A stretch of 64,000 nt of DNA, from positions 128,001 to 192,000 of the forward strand of contig JBCBZJ010000001.1 of the NCBI GenBank assembly GCA_039815375.1. Direction: 5' to 3'. The notes beneath the pieces were generated by a model, which did no database searches, had not been told where the DNA came from, and was given only the letters and a program-made list of their open reading frames with translations. Each line of letters begins with the position of its first letter. Position 1 is the stretch's first letter. Source of the DNA: Verrucomicrobiota bacterium. Its GTDB lineage: Bacteria > Verrucomicrobiota > Verrucomicrobiia > Opitutales > Coraliomargaritaceae. This document shows positions 23,523 through 33,231 of the stretch, in pieces. The position numbers were made by a program, and so were the translations under genes.

Positions 23523-23867
23523 TCATGATTGACGGAGGCTCGGGTAAGCCTTTCTGCCTTTTTTCGTTCTGTAGCTGCCTGGTTGTTTAGCCTTGGCCTG
23601 TTGCTTTTTGAAAAGCGGGACGAACTTTTCCTCGATGTGCGTAAAGGCGGCTTCGAGACCATCGTTTTCATAAACCTGACCGATCTCGGCCTCCATTGCA
23701 GTCGGTTCACCGATTGCCGAAAGAAATTTGTTTGAAGTCATCCGGATAAAGACCTCCGCTCGTTCCTTCGGCCCGATCGCCGCCTGTTGTAGAATCCACT
23801 TACGTGCATAAAGCGCCAACACTGCATCGCCGATCCAAGCTTGATTGCGTTTTTCTTCTTCCGTCAT
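23523..23867 (-). CDS. Very small RNase III-domain (Mini-III-like) protein
   Basis: AWIGDAVL signature and TAMEAEIGQVY, resembling Mini-III LAYIGDAV / TAFEALIG. Confidence 0.7.
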   Translation of the reverse strand: MTEEEKRNQAWIGDAVLALYARKWILQQAAIGPKERAEVFIRMTSNKFLSAIGEPTAMEAEIGQVYENDGLEAAFTHIEEKFVPLFKKQQAKAKQPGSYRTKKGRKAYPSLRQS

Positions 23868-23957
23868 TCCTGAGAGGGGAGCAAATCAACCCTGGCAGTA
23901 AATGCAGCAGAAAAAGCTAGCTGGCGACGCCGCTTAAGAAATCGCGAAGTGACCTCG

Positions 23958-24434
23958 CTACCTATTGAGATCTTTGCGAAGTGGTGCCGAACCCAGGGCC
24001 TTCGTGCCATCGGGCTTTTCGATCTCGATCCACCACTTTGCGCCCTCCGGCAAGGGATTCGGTGCCATCATGTGGATATCATAGCTATTTTGTTTGCTGG
24101 CGTAAGTTCCTTTCCCGACGGATGATAAAGTGCGATCCTCGCTTCCAATCCACGCACGCACGACCGATCCACCGTTGTCACGATAGGGTAATTTGACGAC
24201 CAGATGTCCTTCCTCGCCGGCTTGAACCATGCCGTGTGCCTGGGTCACTTCAGCGTAGATTCCAGAGATGTTGAAGACACCAAGCCTGAAACGTTCGCCG
24301 TGGTCGTGGCCGCCGCCACTTGGTGATGGCCCATGATGGTCGTGCCCGTGGTGGCCATGGTCATGTTCAGAGCCGCATCCGGAGAAGAATGTGACGAGCG
24401 TTAAAGCCGCGATGAGTTGAGTCAGGTTTTTCAT
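23958..24434 (-). CDS. His-rich lipoprotein at the end of the RND operon
   Basis: Lipobox FSGC followed by EHDHGHHGHDHH...GHDHG; overlaps the RND gene stop. Confidence 0.75.
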   Translation of the reverse strand: MKNLTQLIAALTLVTFFSGCGSEHDHGHHGHDHHGPSPSGGGHDHGERFRLGVFNISGIYAEVTQAHGMVQAGEEGHLVVKLPYRDNGGSVVRAWIGSEDRTLSSVGKGTYASKQNSYDIHMMAPNPLPEGAKWWIEIEKPDGTKALGSAPLRKDLNR

Positions 24435-27400
24435 GGTTCTGTTTTTTCAGTTTTTGGATGAGAGACTTTCCGGATTGCCGCATAGCCGGCGGGAAAGACG
24501 ATGAGGTTGAGAAAGGTTGAGGTGAGCAGGCCGCCTAGGATTACGACCGAAAGTGGTGCCAGGATTTCATTTCCCGGTTGGTGGCCCTTCAGAATGATCG
24601 GTACGACGGCGAGTGCGGCAGTCAGTGCGGTCATCAGGATCGGCACAAGACGCTCGGAGGAGCCCTGGATGATCGCTTCGTAGGTCGTCCGGCCTTCGTG
24701 CTCGATCAAGTGCTCATAGTGATTGACGAGCAGGATGCCGCTGCGAACCGCGATGCCAAATAGTGTTATAAAGCCAACAAGGCTAGCGATCGAAATTACC
24801 GGTGCGGTGTAGTGACCGCCCAGTCCAAACAATGCGAGAGTGTTCGTAATCAAGTTCGGCGACTCTGCCAGGTAGATAGCGACAATACCACCGATCAAGG
24901 CAAGTGGCAGGCTGCAGATCACCAATAAGGCGATACGGAGCGACTTCACCGCAAGCTGAAGCAGAACAATCATGATCAAGAGGACGAAACCGCCGAACAG
25001 CAGGATCGTTCGGCTCGCGGATTGCTGTGCTTCGAACTGGCCGCCGTATTTTACGGTGTATCCTTGGCTGATGACGATGGGGTCGACTTGTTCGCGAACG
25101 ACTTCGACCAGCTGGCTCAGGTTATAGCCTTCCTCTACGTTTAGTGTAACGACTGCTTTCCGTTGTCCATTCTCGCGGGCGATCAGATTCGAAGTCATCT
25201 CCGGGCCGATGTTTGCGACCTCGTGCAGGCGGACGAGCATGCCGCCTTTTCCGCGGAGAATGAGGTTCTTGAGATCCTTCATTTCGTCCCGGTCCTGCTC
25301 GTCCAAGCGAACTGCGATATTGTAGCGACGGACGCCTTCGTTAACCTCAGCGACTACTATTCCATAGATTGCGTTGCGGACCTGTTCGGTCGCGGATTGA
25401 GGCGTAAGTCCATAAGCTGCCAGCTCTGCCGGCCTATATTCAATCGGAAGCGACTGAATCATGACCTCCCGGTTTGCGGCTACATCGCGTGCTCCGGGAG
25501 TCGATTTAAGGACACCTTCAATTTCCTTTGCGATGATTCGTAGCCGGGCGAGATCGTCTCCATATACATTAATGGCGATCGCTGCCGGCGTCCCCGAAAG
25601 GATGTGACTTAATCGGTGCTCAATGGGCTGCCCGATATTGGTCGTGATTCCAGGAACCTGCTCAAGGATCTGGCTGACCTTCTGGCGCACCTTTTCTTTT
25701 CGAAATCCCTCTTTGATCGTGATCTCAATCTCTGAGTTACTAACCGGTTCGACATGCTCATCGCGTTCGGCTCGTCCGGTGCGGCGTGTCACACTCCGCA
25801 CACCATCGAGCCGGAGCAACTGCTGCTCAATGGATTGAGCCATGCGGTCACTCGCCTGCAGTGAAGTGCCCGGCGGTGCGAAAAGCCCAACGGTGAAGGT
25901 GCCCTCGTTGAACTCGGGTAAAAACGAGCGACCATAGCTTGAGGCCAGCAAAAGTGCACCGATAGTTGCGGCGACGGCTCCTGCCAAAACGCTTTTCCGT
26001 CTCAAGATAGCCCAGGCAACGATTGGCTTGTAGCGGGTCTTCAGCCAGCGAACCAGTGGCGCATCGCTTTCTCCACCGGTCCTTTGTTTTGGGTTCAAAA
26101 GGTAGCGGCACATGGCGGGCGTCACGGTCAAGGCAACGAAGAGCGAAGCGACAATCGAGATGCCAAAGGCGATACCAAGCGGTCGGAAGAATCGGCCCTC
26201 AAGGCCCTCAAGGAACATCAGGGGTAGAAAGACCAAAACGATAATGATCGTAGCAAAGACCATCGCCGGCCGGATCTCGTTGCTGGCATCAAGAATCACA
26301 TCCAGCCGCGGACGCTGCCGGCTTATCGGCAGCTGAACGTTTTGCCCGAGCCGTCGGTAGACGTTTTCGACATCGATAATAGCATCGTCGACGAGACTGC
26401 CGACTGCAATGGCAAGACCACCGAGTGTCATCACGTTAACGGTCATTTCCAGCCAGTCGAAGACGAGTAGTCCAACCGCCAGTGAAAGCGGTATCGCCGT
26501 TAACGTGATCAGGGTAGTGCGGACATTGAAAAGAAAGAGCAGGATGATGAAGGCAACAATGATAGCTGCATCGCGAAGTGCGTGGGTGACGTTGCTGACC
26601 GAAAGGTTGATAAAGTCGGACTGCCGAAAAATCTGCCGGTTGATGTTGATGCCTTCCGACAGAGTAGGCTCCAGATCGTCCAACACTGCGTCGATTTGTT
26701 CTGTGATAGCCAGCGTGTTGGTGCCGGGTGACTTCTGGATAGTCAGCACGACTGCGGACGCACCGCCATCTGCGCCGGTGCCGCGTTTGGGTGCGGCACC
26801 GATGCGCACCTCCGCAACGTCGCCGATCGTGACAGGGAATTGATTCTGGTAGAGAATAACCGTTCTGGAAATATCCTCAGCGGATCGGACGCGACCGCTC
26901 TGCCGCACTGGCATTTCAAGCGAGTTGATTTCGGGAATATAGCCCGCACTTAGTGTGCTGTGTGATGCACCCGCAGCGTTGGCAACATCTTCAACCGTAA
27001 GATCGTAGAGTCGTAAATCATCCTGCCGCACAATGACCTGATACTCGGGTAGCTCACCGCCGATTACTGAGATCTGTGCGACCCCGGGCACGGAAAGTAA
27101 TTTTCTTCGGAGGTCATATTCAGCATAGGCCCGTATTTCCATGTCGGAAAGACTCCCGTCCGGAGACGTCACTGCCAGCATCATGATCTCTCCCGTCAGT
27201 GAAGTGATCGGCGTCATCTCTGCATGCGCATCTGTTGGGAGATCGTCCCGGACCGAGTCCAGACGCTCGGCCACGAGCTGTCGGGCGGAGAGGATATCCA
27301 TCGCCCATTCAAATTCGACATATGCGACGGAAAGGCCCATCGCACTGGACGTTCGAACACGACGGACACCGGGCATCCCATTGACCGAAGTTTCAATCGG

Positions 27401-27640
27401 GAAGGTCACATACTGCTCCACCTCATCGGCAGCCAGCCCCGGCGCTTCGGTCATAATCACGACAGTGGGGGCGTTGAGTTCAGGGAAAACATCTACAGGG
27501 GTCTTCGACAGCCGAAGCAGCACAAATACGAGAAGCGAGGCTGCCAGCAGGAGCACAAGCGGTGCTTGGTCCAGCGAGAATTTGATGAGTCTCGCAAGCA
27601 TCGAACTGCCTGGGTTGGGTGGTTGCATAACTCGGCTCAA
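24431..27640 (-). CDS. Heavy-metal efflux RND permease (CusA/CzcA family)
   Basis: About 1069 aa; PVDVFPEL, GSLVDDAIIDVEN, LEGRFFRP, ERLVPILMTAL. Confidence 0.92.
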   Translation of the reverse strand: MSRVMQPPNPGSSMLARLIKFSLDQAPLVLLLAASLLVFVLLRLSKTPVDVFPELNAPTVVIMTEAPGLAADEVEQYVTFPIETSVNGMPGVRRVRTSSAMGLSVAYVEFEWAMDILSARQLVAERLDSVRDDLPTDAHAEMTPITSLTGEIMMLAVTSPDGSLSDMEIRAYAEYDLRRKLLSVPGVAQISVIGGELPEYQVIVRQDDLRLYDLTVEDVANAAGASHSTLSAGYIPEINSLEMPVRQSGRVRSAEDISRTVILYQNQFPVTIGDVAEVRIGAAPKRGTGADGGASAVVLTIQKSPGTNTLAITEQIDAVLDDLEPTLSEGININRQIFRQSDFINLSVSNVTHALRDAAIIVAFIILLFLFNVRTTLITLTAIPLSLAVGLLVFDWLEMTVNVMTLGGLAIAVGSLVDDAIIDVENVYRRLGQNVQLPISRQRPRLDVILDASNEIRPAMVFATIIIVLVFLPLMFLEGLEGRFFRPLGIAFGISIVASLFVALTVTPAMCRYLLNPKQRTGGESDAPLVRWLKTRYKPIVAWAILRRKSVLAGAVAATIGALLLASSYGRSFLPEFNEGTFTVGLFAPPGTSLQASDRMAQSIEQQLLRLDGVRSVTRRTGRAERDEHVEPVSNSEIEITIKEGFRKEKVRQKVSQILEQVPGITTNIGQPIEHRLSHILSGTPAAIAINVYGDDLARLRIIAKEIEGVLKSTPGARDVAANREVMIQSLPIEYRPAELAAYGLTPQSATEQVRNAIYGIVVAEVNEGVRRYNIAVRLDEQDRDEMKDLKNLILRGKGGMLVRLHEVANIGPEMTSNLIARENGQRKAVVTLNVEEGYNLSQLVEVVREQVDPIVISQGYTVKYGGQFEAQQSASRTILLFGGFVLLIMIVLLQLAVKSLRIALLVICSLPLALIGGIVAIYLAESPNLITNTLALFGLGGHYTAPVISIASLVGFITLFGIAVRSGILLVNHYEHLIEHEGRTTYEAIIQGSSERLVPILMTALTAALAVVPIILKGHQPGNEILAPLSVVILGGLLTSTFLNLIVFPAGYAAIRKVSHPKTEKTEP

Positions 27641-28926
27641 TGCTCCTCCCCGTGAAATGTGCCGTCGGCGTGGAAATGCCCGCCCTTCTGGCTGGTACCA
27701 CCTTGAGCAGTCGCGAGTTTCAACTCATAGGTGCCCTCCAGCACAACCGAATCATTCGGGCCAATGCCGCTTTTCACCTCGACCCAGCGTCCATCGTCGA
27801 CCCCGAGATCGGCCTCTACGCGAATTGCTTTATTTGCATTGAGTGGATCGCGTTTGAAGAAGACGTGGACGATTCCGTCTTTGGCTACGGCTGCTTTCGG
27901 AATCGCGAGAACGAAGCCGCTGGTATCCTCGGTGGCAATTTCGAGAAATGCCGAGACTCCGGGCCGCGTCCAAGAACCGAGCTCATTTGGAACCGCATAG
28001 AGTGGGATGGTTCGACGGATCGGGTCCGCGATCACGCCCAGCGTGAGTTTTCCTTCAACCGCATTGTTTGCCAAGCTGCCCTGACCCTGTGGTGGAACGA
28101 TACGGACCATCTGACCGTCTGTAAATTTAGGCAAATCACTTTGCAGGCCCGTGCCCCGGAAACGGAGTTCGTCCGGATTTACCGTCGTCATAATAAGCGT
28201 GGCCTCTTCCACAAAACAGCCGTCCGTAACCGCAATCAATTCAACTACTCCCGGTTTGATTGCATGTTCTTCGATCCACTCCATCGCGCGATAGCGCGGA
28301 ACACCGTCGACTTTCTCAAGCAGGTCCAGCGGTGGGTGTTCATGGCCGTGATGCGTATCGTGCGGTCCAAGAATATTCGATGCACTGTAAAGTGCTGCAT
28401 CGAGAGCCGCTTTACTCACCGCGACCTTTCCTCGAAGAGCGGCAAGCTCGGCCTCCAAGTCGGCACGCTTGAAGTCTGCCCGGGCCAATGCGGCCATACG
28501 CTTCTCACCCATCTCGAGCTTGACTTCTGCTTGTTCCAGGGACGCAACCAGCAGATCGATCTCCGACTGTATCTCGGCCCACTCATGGGATCGATAGCGG
28601 TAGAGAATTTGCCCGGGCTCGACCCGTTCGAATTGCTTTACCTGAAATTGAATGACCCCGGGCAAATGTTGCCGGTATTCATGGCGCGCGGACGGCATGA
28701 GTTCGAAGGAACCGGGCACTCGGATTGTATTCGAAATCTGGCGACGCTCGACCCCCGCGAAAGTGATTCCCAAATTGCTGCGCACAGCTGCTGGAATCTC
28801 GATACGGTTTGTCGGTTGTTCGTCTTGTTTCGCGGCTCCGGGGTCGCCCGGTTGTTCGTAGCCACACCCTGTAATGATCAGGATGGCGGAGGTGAGTATT
28901 GGAATGTTTATGGATGCTGATTTCAT
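27637..28926 (-). CDS. RND periplasmic adaptor (membrane fusion) lipoprotein with His motifs
   Basis: Lipobox ITGC, coiled coil, LAIPKAAV, internal HDTHHGHEH, C-terminal GGHFHADGTFHGEEH; lies between the OMF and RND genes. Confidence 0.85.
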   Translation of the reverse strand: MKSASINIPILTSAILIITGCGYEQPGDPGAAKQDEQPTNRIEIPAAVRSNLGITFAGVERRQISNTIRVPGSFELMPSARHEYRQHLPGVIQFQVKQFERVEPGQILYRYRSHEWAEIQSEIDLLVASLEQAEVKLEMGEKRMAALARADFKRADLEAELAALRGKVAVSKAALDAALYSASNILGPHDTHHGHEHPPLDLLEKVDGVPRYRAMEWIEEHAIKPGVVELIAVTDGCFVEEATLIMTTVNPDELRFRGTGLQSDLPKFTDGQMVRIVPPQGQGSLANNAVEGKLTLGVIADPIRRTIPLYAVPNELGSWTRPGVSAFLEIATEDTSGFVLAIPKAAVAKDGIVHVFFKRDPLNANKAIRVEADLGVDDGRWVEVKSGIGPNDSVVLEGTYELKLATAQGGTSQKGGHFHADGTFHGEEH

Positions 28927-28939
28927 CGAAAACGAATGT

Positions 28940-30334
28940 TTAAAATTCTCTGAACCGATCAGTAGGTCCCTGGAGATGGCGGATTTCATTGTTCAACTCC
29001 GATTCCTCGGCCTGGAGTTGGATCAAGCGTAGCTTGGCCTGGTGTGAGCGGATCACACCGTCCATTAGAAGTGTTACGCTGCCTTCACCTATTTCCAGTA
29101 ACTGCTTGGATCTTGCGAGTTGGCGGTCTACCTTCGGAACGAGTTGCTCTTTGAGGATTTGTTGCTGCTCAAGGAGCGCATTACGACGCGCTAGTAGGTT
29201 GAAGAGCTGCCCGGAAAGGTGCTCCAACTCAGCCTCATAGGCAGATCGGGCAACATCCCGTTTGGCCTCTGCTTCAGCGATGTCGGCTTTGTTTCGATTC
29301 AGTAGGGGCAGGCCAATCGCACTGATTGCCCCCCAGCTCGAATCACCCTCATCGGATTCGTATTGCGGGCCGATTTTAAGATCGGGATATTGCTTTCGGA
29401 TTTCTTCTTTCAGCCTCAGTTCTGCAATGGAATACTCTGTAGCCAGCCGCTCGAGCGTGAGGTTATCTTCTGCGAATGTTCCGGTGACCTCGGATTTGTC
29501 CAGATTGATGCGTGGCACCAAATTGACCGAAGCTTTCGGCTGTAGCCCCAATAGGGCCTTGATCCGTTGCTCGCCTTGCTCCAGTTCACCTTGGAGGCGG
29601 GCAATTTCCATGCGGTGACTGGTCGATTCGATGGAGAAGAGGCCTGCTTCGATTTCCCTGATTTCGCCGCTTTCAAGCAAAGCGGTTTGTGACTCGACGA
29701 TCGATTCAAGCACTCGAGCGGTTCTCTCCGATTCTTCCATTTCGAGCTGGAGCGCAGACCACTTAACCCATGCGTTACGGAGTTGAAGGCTAACGTTCCA
29801 TTCGGATTCGGCAACATGGATCAAGGCGGCCGTATGCTCTGCGTCGGCACGCTTCTTCTCAATTTCAAGGCGACCCGAAATCGGGACTGTAAATGAAAGT
29901 GCTGAGCTCAAAGTCCACGGATTGGGAATGCTTTCCGTGATTCTAAGCAGATTGATATTGAACTCTGGATCTTCCCAGAGGCCTGCATTTTCACTGCTGG
30001 CTTCAGCGATGCCTGCCTTCAATCGTTCCAGTCGAAGACTGGTATTGTAGATGAGTGAGATGAGTTCCCCTTCCTCCAGATCCAATCCGTCCGTGAGATC
30101 GAACTGCACGGGGCCGTGCTGCGTTTTCTGCAATCGGTTAACAAAATTACGGACCGCTTCAGTATCGGCACTACGGGCCTCCCATTCCGAGATGTGTTTG
30201 GATGCATCAAGTGGCTCGGGTTCAAACGACTGGCAGCCCGAAATGAGGATTGAGGTGCTCACTGCGAGAAGCAACTGAGCTTTAGGAAATGCTGAATGAC
30301 TACTATTGAAACATATCATGATTGGTCTGAGCAC
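28940..30334 (-). CDS. TolC/CzcC-family outer membrane factor
   Basis: Lipobox ISGC, two OEP repeats (YPDLKIGPQY...LPLLNRN). Start may be ATG 30319. Confidence 0.85.
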   Translation of the reverse strand: MLRPIMICFNSSHSAFPKAQLLLAVSTSILISGCQSFEPEPLDASKHISEWEARSADTEAVRNFVNRLQKTQHGPVQFDLTDGLDLEEGELISLIYNTSLRLERLKAGIAEASSENAGLWEDPEFNINLLRITESIPNPWTLSSALSFTVPISGRLEIEKKRADAEHTAALIHVAESEWNVSLQLRNAWVKWSALQLEMEESERTARVLESIVESQTALLESGEIREIEAGLFSIESTSHRMEIARLQGELEQGEQRIKALLGLQPKASVNLVPRINLDKSEVTGTFAEDNLTLERLATEYSIAELRLKEEIRKQYPDLKIGPQYESDEGDSSWGAISAIGLPLLNRNKADIAEAEAKRDVARSAYEAELEHLSGQLFNLLARRNALLEQQQILKEQLVPKVDRQLARSKQLLEIGEGSVTLLMDGVIRSHQAKLRLIQLQAEESELNNEIRHLQGPTDRFREF

Positions 30335-30434
30335 AGCGGACGAACCACTTGAGCACGTGAATGAATCACCCCCAGCGAGGAGCGACGTTCAAGGGATTTC
30401 CGGCAAGAACGATGCCGGAAGACACGCGTGAGCC

Positions 30435-30911
30435 TCAGACCAATTGAGGCGGCTTAATTAAATCGAAGCAGGGCCCTTCAGGGCACTTGGCGGATGTGAT
30501 TGGGGCATGGCATCCTGAAATGCGGCACGCTTTAATGGAAACGGTGTAAGCAGGATGGAGGCACACCATGTCGACACTCAGTGTCACGATGTGAGCATGA
30601 CAGCCATTGGATTTGTCATCGGTAGACTCTTCGTTTTCAGTTCCACCATGATCACAGCCGAATCCTGCGTAGGTTTGCTTATGATGATGGGATTGAGTGG
30701 AACCGGAGTGTGAGCTGTGGCTGGCTCCGTGAGCATGCTCATGAGAGTGGGATTGAGGCGCGTGCGTCGAGTCTCCGCTGTGGCAATACTCGATCTCGAA
30801 ATTTGCCTGGGCACCCAATACCTGAGTCGTCGCAACCAAAAGCGACAAGACGAGGAGCATCGTCCGTTGAACGATGCTCGGCTCAGCACTCTCTTTCTTG
30901 GTATACTTCAA
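30435..30911 (-). CDS. His/Cys-rich exported hypothetical protein upstream of the efflux operon
   Basis: Hydrophobic N-terminal segment, HSHEHAHGASHSSHSGSTQSHHH, several Cys, C-terminal KPP. Confidence 0.6.
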   Translation of the reverse strand: MKYTKKESAEPSIVQRTMLLVLSLLVATTQVLGAQANFEIEYCHSGDSTHAPQSHSHEHAHGASHSSHSGSTQSHHHKQTYAGFGCDHGGTENEESTDDKSNGCHAHIVTLSVDMVCLHPAYTVSIKACRISGCHAPITSAKCPEGPCFDLIKPPQLV

Positions 30912-30965
30912 ATGAAAAAAATCAGGATTCTAGTTTTTTTCTTACTACTCTTCTAAACCAAAGCT

Positions 30966-33218
30966 TTATTCCTCCGGTTCGGTAGCTCCTGCTTCAGACG
31001 CTGGACCGTCCTGAGAAATAGGTCCGTAGCGCTCCTGCAAGAGAGCATTGATCGTCTCTTTCGGCGCGTTTTTCTCCGACACGCTCGGGACAATGATATC
31101 GGCTTCCTCAAAGACCCCGAGATTACCGCTATCCAATCTACCTTTGGGATGCATCGACTTCTGATCGATAAAGTCATTCGCGACTTTTTCGCTGAACACT
31201 CCGTTTGCCGGATTCGAGATAATGGTCGGGCGAACCAGCAGAATGAGTTCACTTCGACTGAGCGCAGTTCCCTGGTTGCGGAATGCGCGTCCAACGACGG
31301 GAAGATCACCAAGCACCGGTATCTGGGAGCGCTGGTCCTCAATCGACTCTTGTATTAGACCGCCAATGGCAAAAGTCCGGTTGTTCGCAGCGACAAAAGT
31401 TCCACTGACACTTTGCGAGGCAACAATATCGATGGAGATTTCTGTAAGTTCACCTGTACCGACAATGTTACCCAGAATATCGGCACCATCCCGAACGATT
31501 TGCGACTCTTCCTGGAGAAGTCTGAGTTCAACGGTATCATCATCATTGATGTTAGCGGTAATGAGGATGGTTGAGCCGACATCCTCTTGCTCATACTCCG
31601 GCGTAACAAAATTAACCGTGTTACCTGAGTCAGTGACGACCGTTGTGCTTTCGCTGAACCCGGTGAGCACCGGCACTTGCTCTCCAATGAAAATCCGGCT
31701 CACTTCGTTGTTAGCTGTCATGAGCGATGGCTGGCCGAGAACGGTGAGCTTACCCTTGCTCTGGAGGAAGTTCAGATTGGCAGTTACATCGTTGCCGACG
31801 TATTGGAAAAACAGATCGCCGGTCAGGGCGTTTGCAGGGTTGAATCCACTACCTGTGAATTCGCCTGCGTCATTCAATATCCAGTTCAGTCCGGTATCCA
31901 GACCATCGTCGAGATCAATCCTGAGCACTCGAATTTCGAGAAAGACGAGCTGAACGGGTTGGTCGAGCTCTTCCACAAGGGTCGTGATCTCATCCATGGT
32001 CCTTTGATCCCGGGTGCGGACAAGAAGTTTGTTTAAACGATCGATTAGCGAAACGAAGATATCTGCTTTCGAATCCCGAGCTGCTTCGAGCAGAGCGGTG
32101 TCGATAAATTCAAGGCTGAGGATATCTTCTTCACTCAACTCGCGGCTTTCCTGCGTCCCGGAGGATTGTCCTCCTCCGCTGTTCGAACTGTTGGAGCGGC
32201 TTCTCAGGGAAGAAGACAAACGGTTTGAAACGGAGTTCGAACCTCCGCTTCCTCCCCCCTGGCCTTGCTCACCAATACCTTGTCCGCGGTCTGCGATAAT
32301 ATCGAAACGATCCAGTCGCTGTTGTAAATCGTCGGATAGGAACTCCCCTGGCTCTTCGCTCTCATCGATGCGTTCAGAGAGTCTTACCCGATCACCAAAA
32401 AGATCACGAATCGTCAGGGCAATATCTCTCGCATTGGGAAATCGCAGCGTGAATACCTTGCTACGCTCCTCTTGAAAATTGGTCGATCCTCGAGCGAATT
32501 CTTCAACGGTTTGCAGGCGAGTGATATCAGATTCGCCAACTGAACTTGGATAGAGTTGATGGGTAAGGGTGAGCGTTTCAACAATCTCCTCAGTCGTTGC
32601 ACTTGGGAGGAAGAGCGTAACATCTATCTCACGCGCTTGACTGGAAACGGCGATTCGATCCTTCGTCACGTAGGACAGAGCCTGGGCAGCCACGGCAAGA
32701 GGGATTGCGTTGAATTCAACAAACGCGACTTCATCGTCCACACCAACATCTTGAAGCACTACACCTCTCCAGATGAGGTTTTCTCCTGTGCGGTTGTCGC
32801 GCAGGGCAATCTTATTCGCATTGATCTGCTCTGCCGTGTAATCGAAATCCTTGGTCCGAATCGTCTGCCCTTCGACAGCAAGAAAGTATTCATCGCGAAA
32901 ATTAAGGATGACGACTCCCGAGCCCATGGATGGATGTCTGGAGAAGACCATGCCTGAGATTCTCACATCAGCTTCGTTTCTCGCAGAGTTCTGTTCCGGT
33001 CCCGAACCGGCCGCACGACGAAGCGCGGCTACGGCGTCTGCGGTCTGTTGGTTCAGACTTGTTGGATCCGAGACGTTTTCCTGTGCGCCGAGTTGAAGAG
33101 ACGACAAACCGAAGCTAAGCAAAAGAGAAAGGCTGAGAAGACAGAGTTGAGTCATCCCTGAATATCTGGTGGTGCGACTCGTTCTGTTGAGCTGATGGAG
33201 TGAATACTGATTGTTCAT
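30966..33218 (-). CDS. Secretin (GspD/PilQ family)
   Basis: Signal peptide, N0/N3-like domains, VFLEIRVL, GQPSLMTANNE, IGEQVP, IGGLI, IPVLGDLPVVGRAFR, ELILLVRPTII. Start approximate. Confidence 0.9.
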   Translation of the reverse strand: MNNQYSLHQLNRTSRTTRYSGMTQLCLLSLSLLLSFGLSSLQLGAQENVSDPTSLNQQTADAVAALRRAAGSGPEQNSARNEADVRISGMVFSRHPSMGSGVVILNFRDEYFLAVEGQTIRTKDFDYTAEQINANKIALRDNRTGENLIWRGVVLQDVGVDDEVAFVEFNAIPLAVAAQALSYVTKDRIAVSSQAREIDVTLFLPSATTEEIVETLTLTHQLYPSSVGESDITRLQTVEEFARGSTNFQEERSKVFTLRFPNARDIALTIRDLFGDRVRLSERIDESEEPGEFLSDDLQQRLDRFDIIADRGQGIGEQGQGGGSGGSNSVSNRLSSSLRSRSNSSNSGGGQSSGTQESRELSEEDILSLEFIDTALLEAARDSKADIFVSLIDRLNKLLVRTRDQRTMDEITTLVEELDQPVQLVFLEIRVLRIDLDDGLDTGLNWILNDAGEFTGSGFNPANALTGDLFFQYVGNDVTANLNFLQSKGKLTVLGQPSLMTANNEVSRIFIGEQVPVLTGFSESTTVVTDSGNTVNFVTPEYEQEDVGSTILITANINDDDTVELRLLQEESQIVRDGADILGNIVGTGELTEISIDIVASQSVSGTFVAANNRTFAIGGLIQESIEDQRSQIPVLGDLPVVGRAFRNQGTALSRSELILLVRPTIISNPANGVFSEKVANDFIDQKSMHPKGRLDSGNLGVFEEADIIVPSVSEKNAPKETINALLQERYGPISQDGPASEAGATEPEE

Positions 33219-33231
33219 AGAAATAAAAGAG

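Noticed and set aside
27640..28920. Long antisense ORFs (27640..28920 +, 11245..12240 -, 13328..14269 -, 52511..53347 +, 63505..63996 -)
   Set aside because: Shadows of well-supported genes on the opposite strand, with no recognisable motifs.
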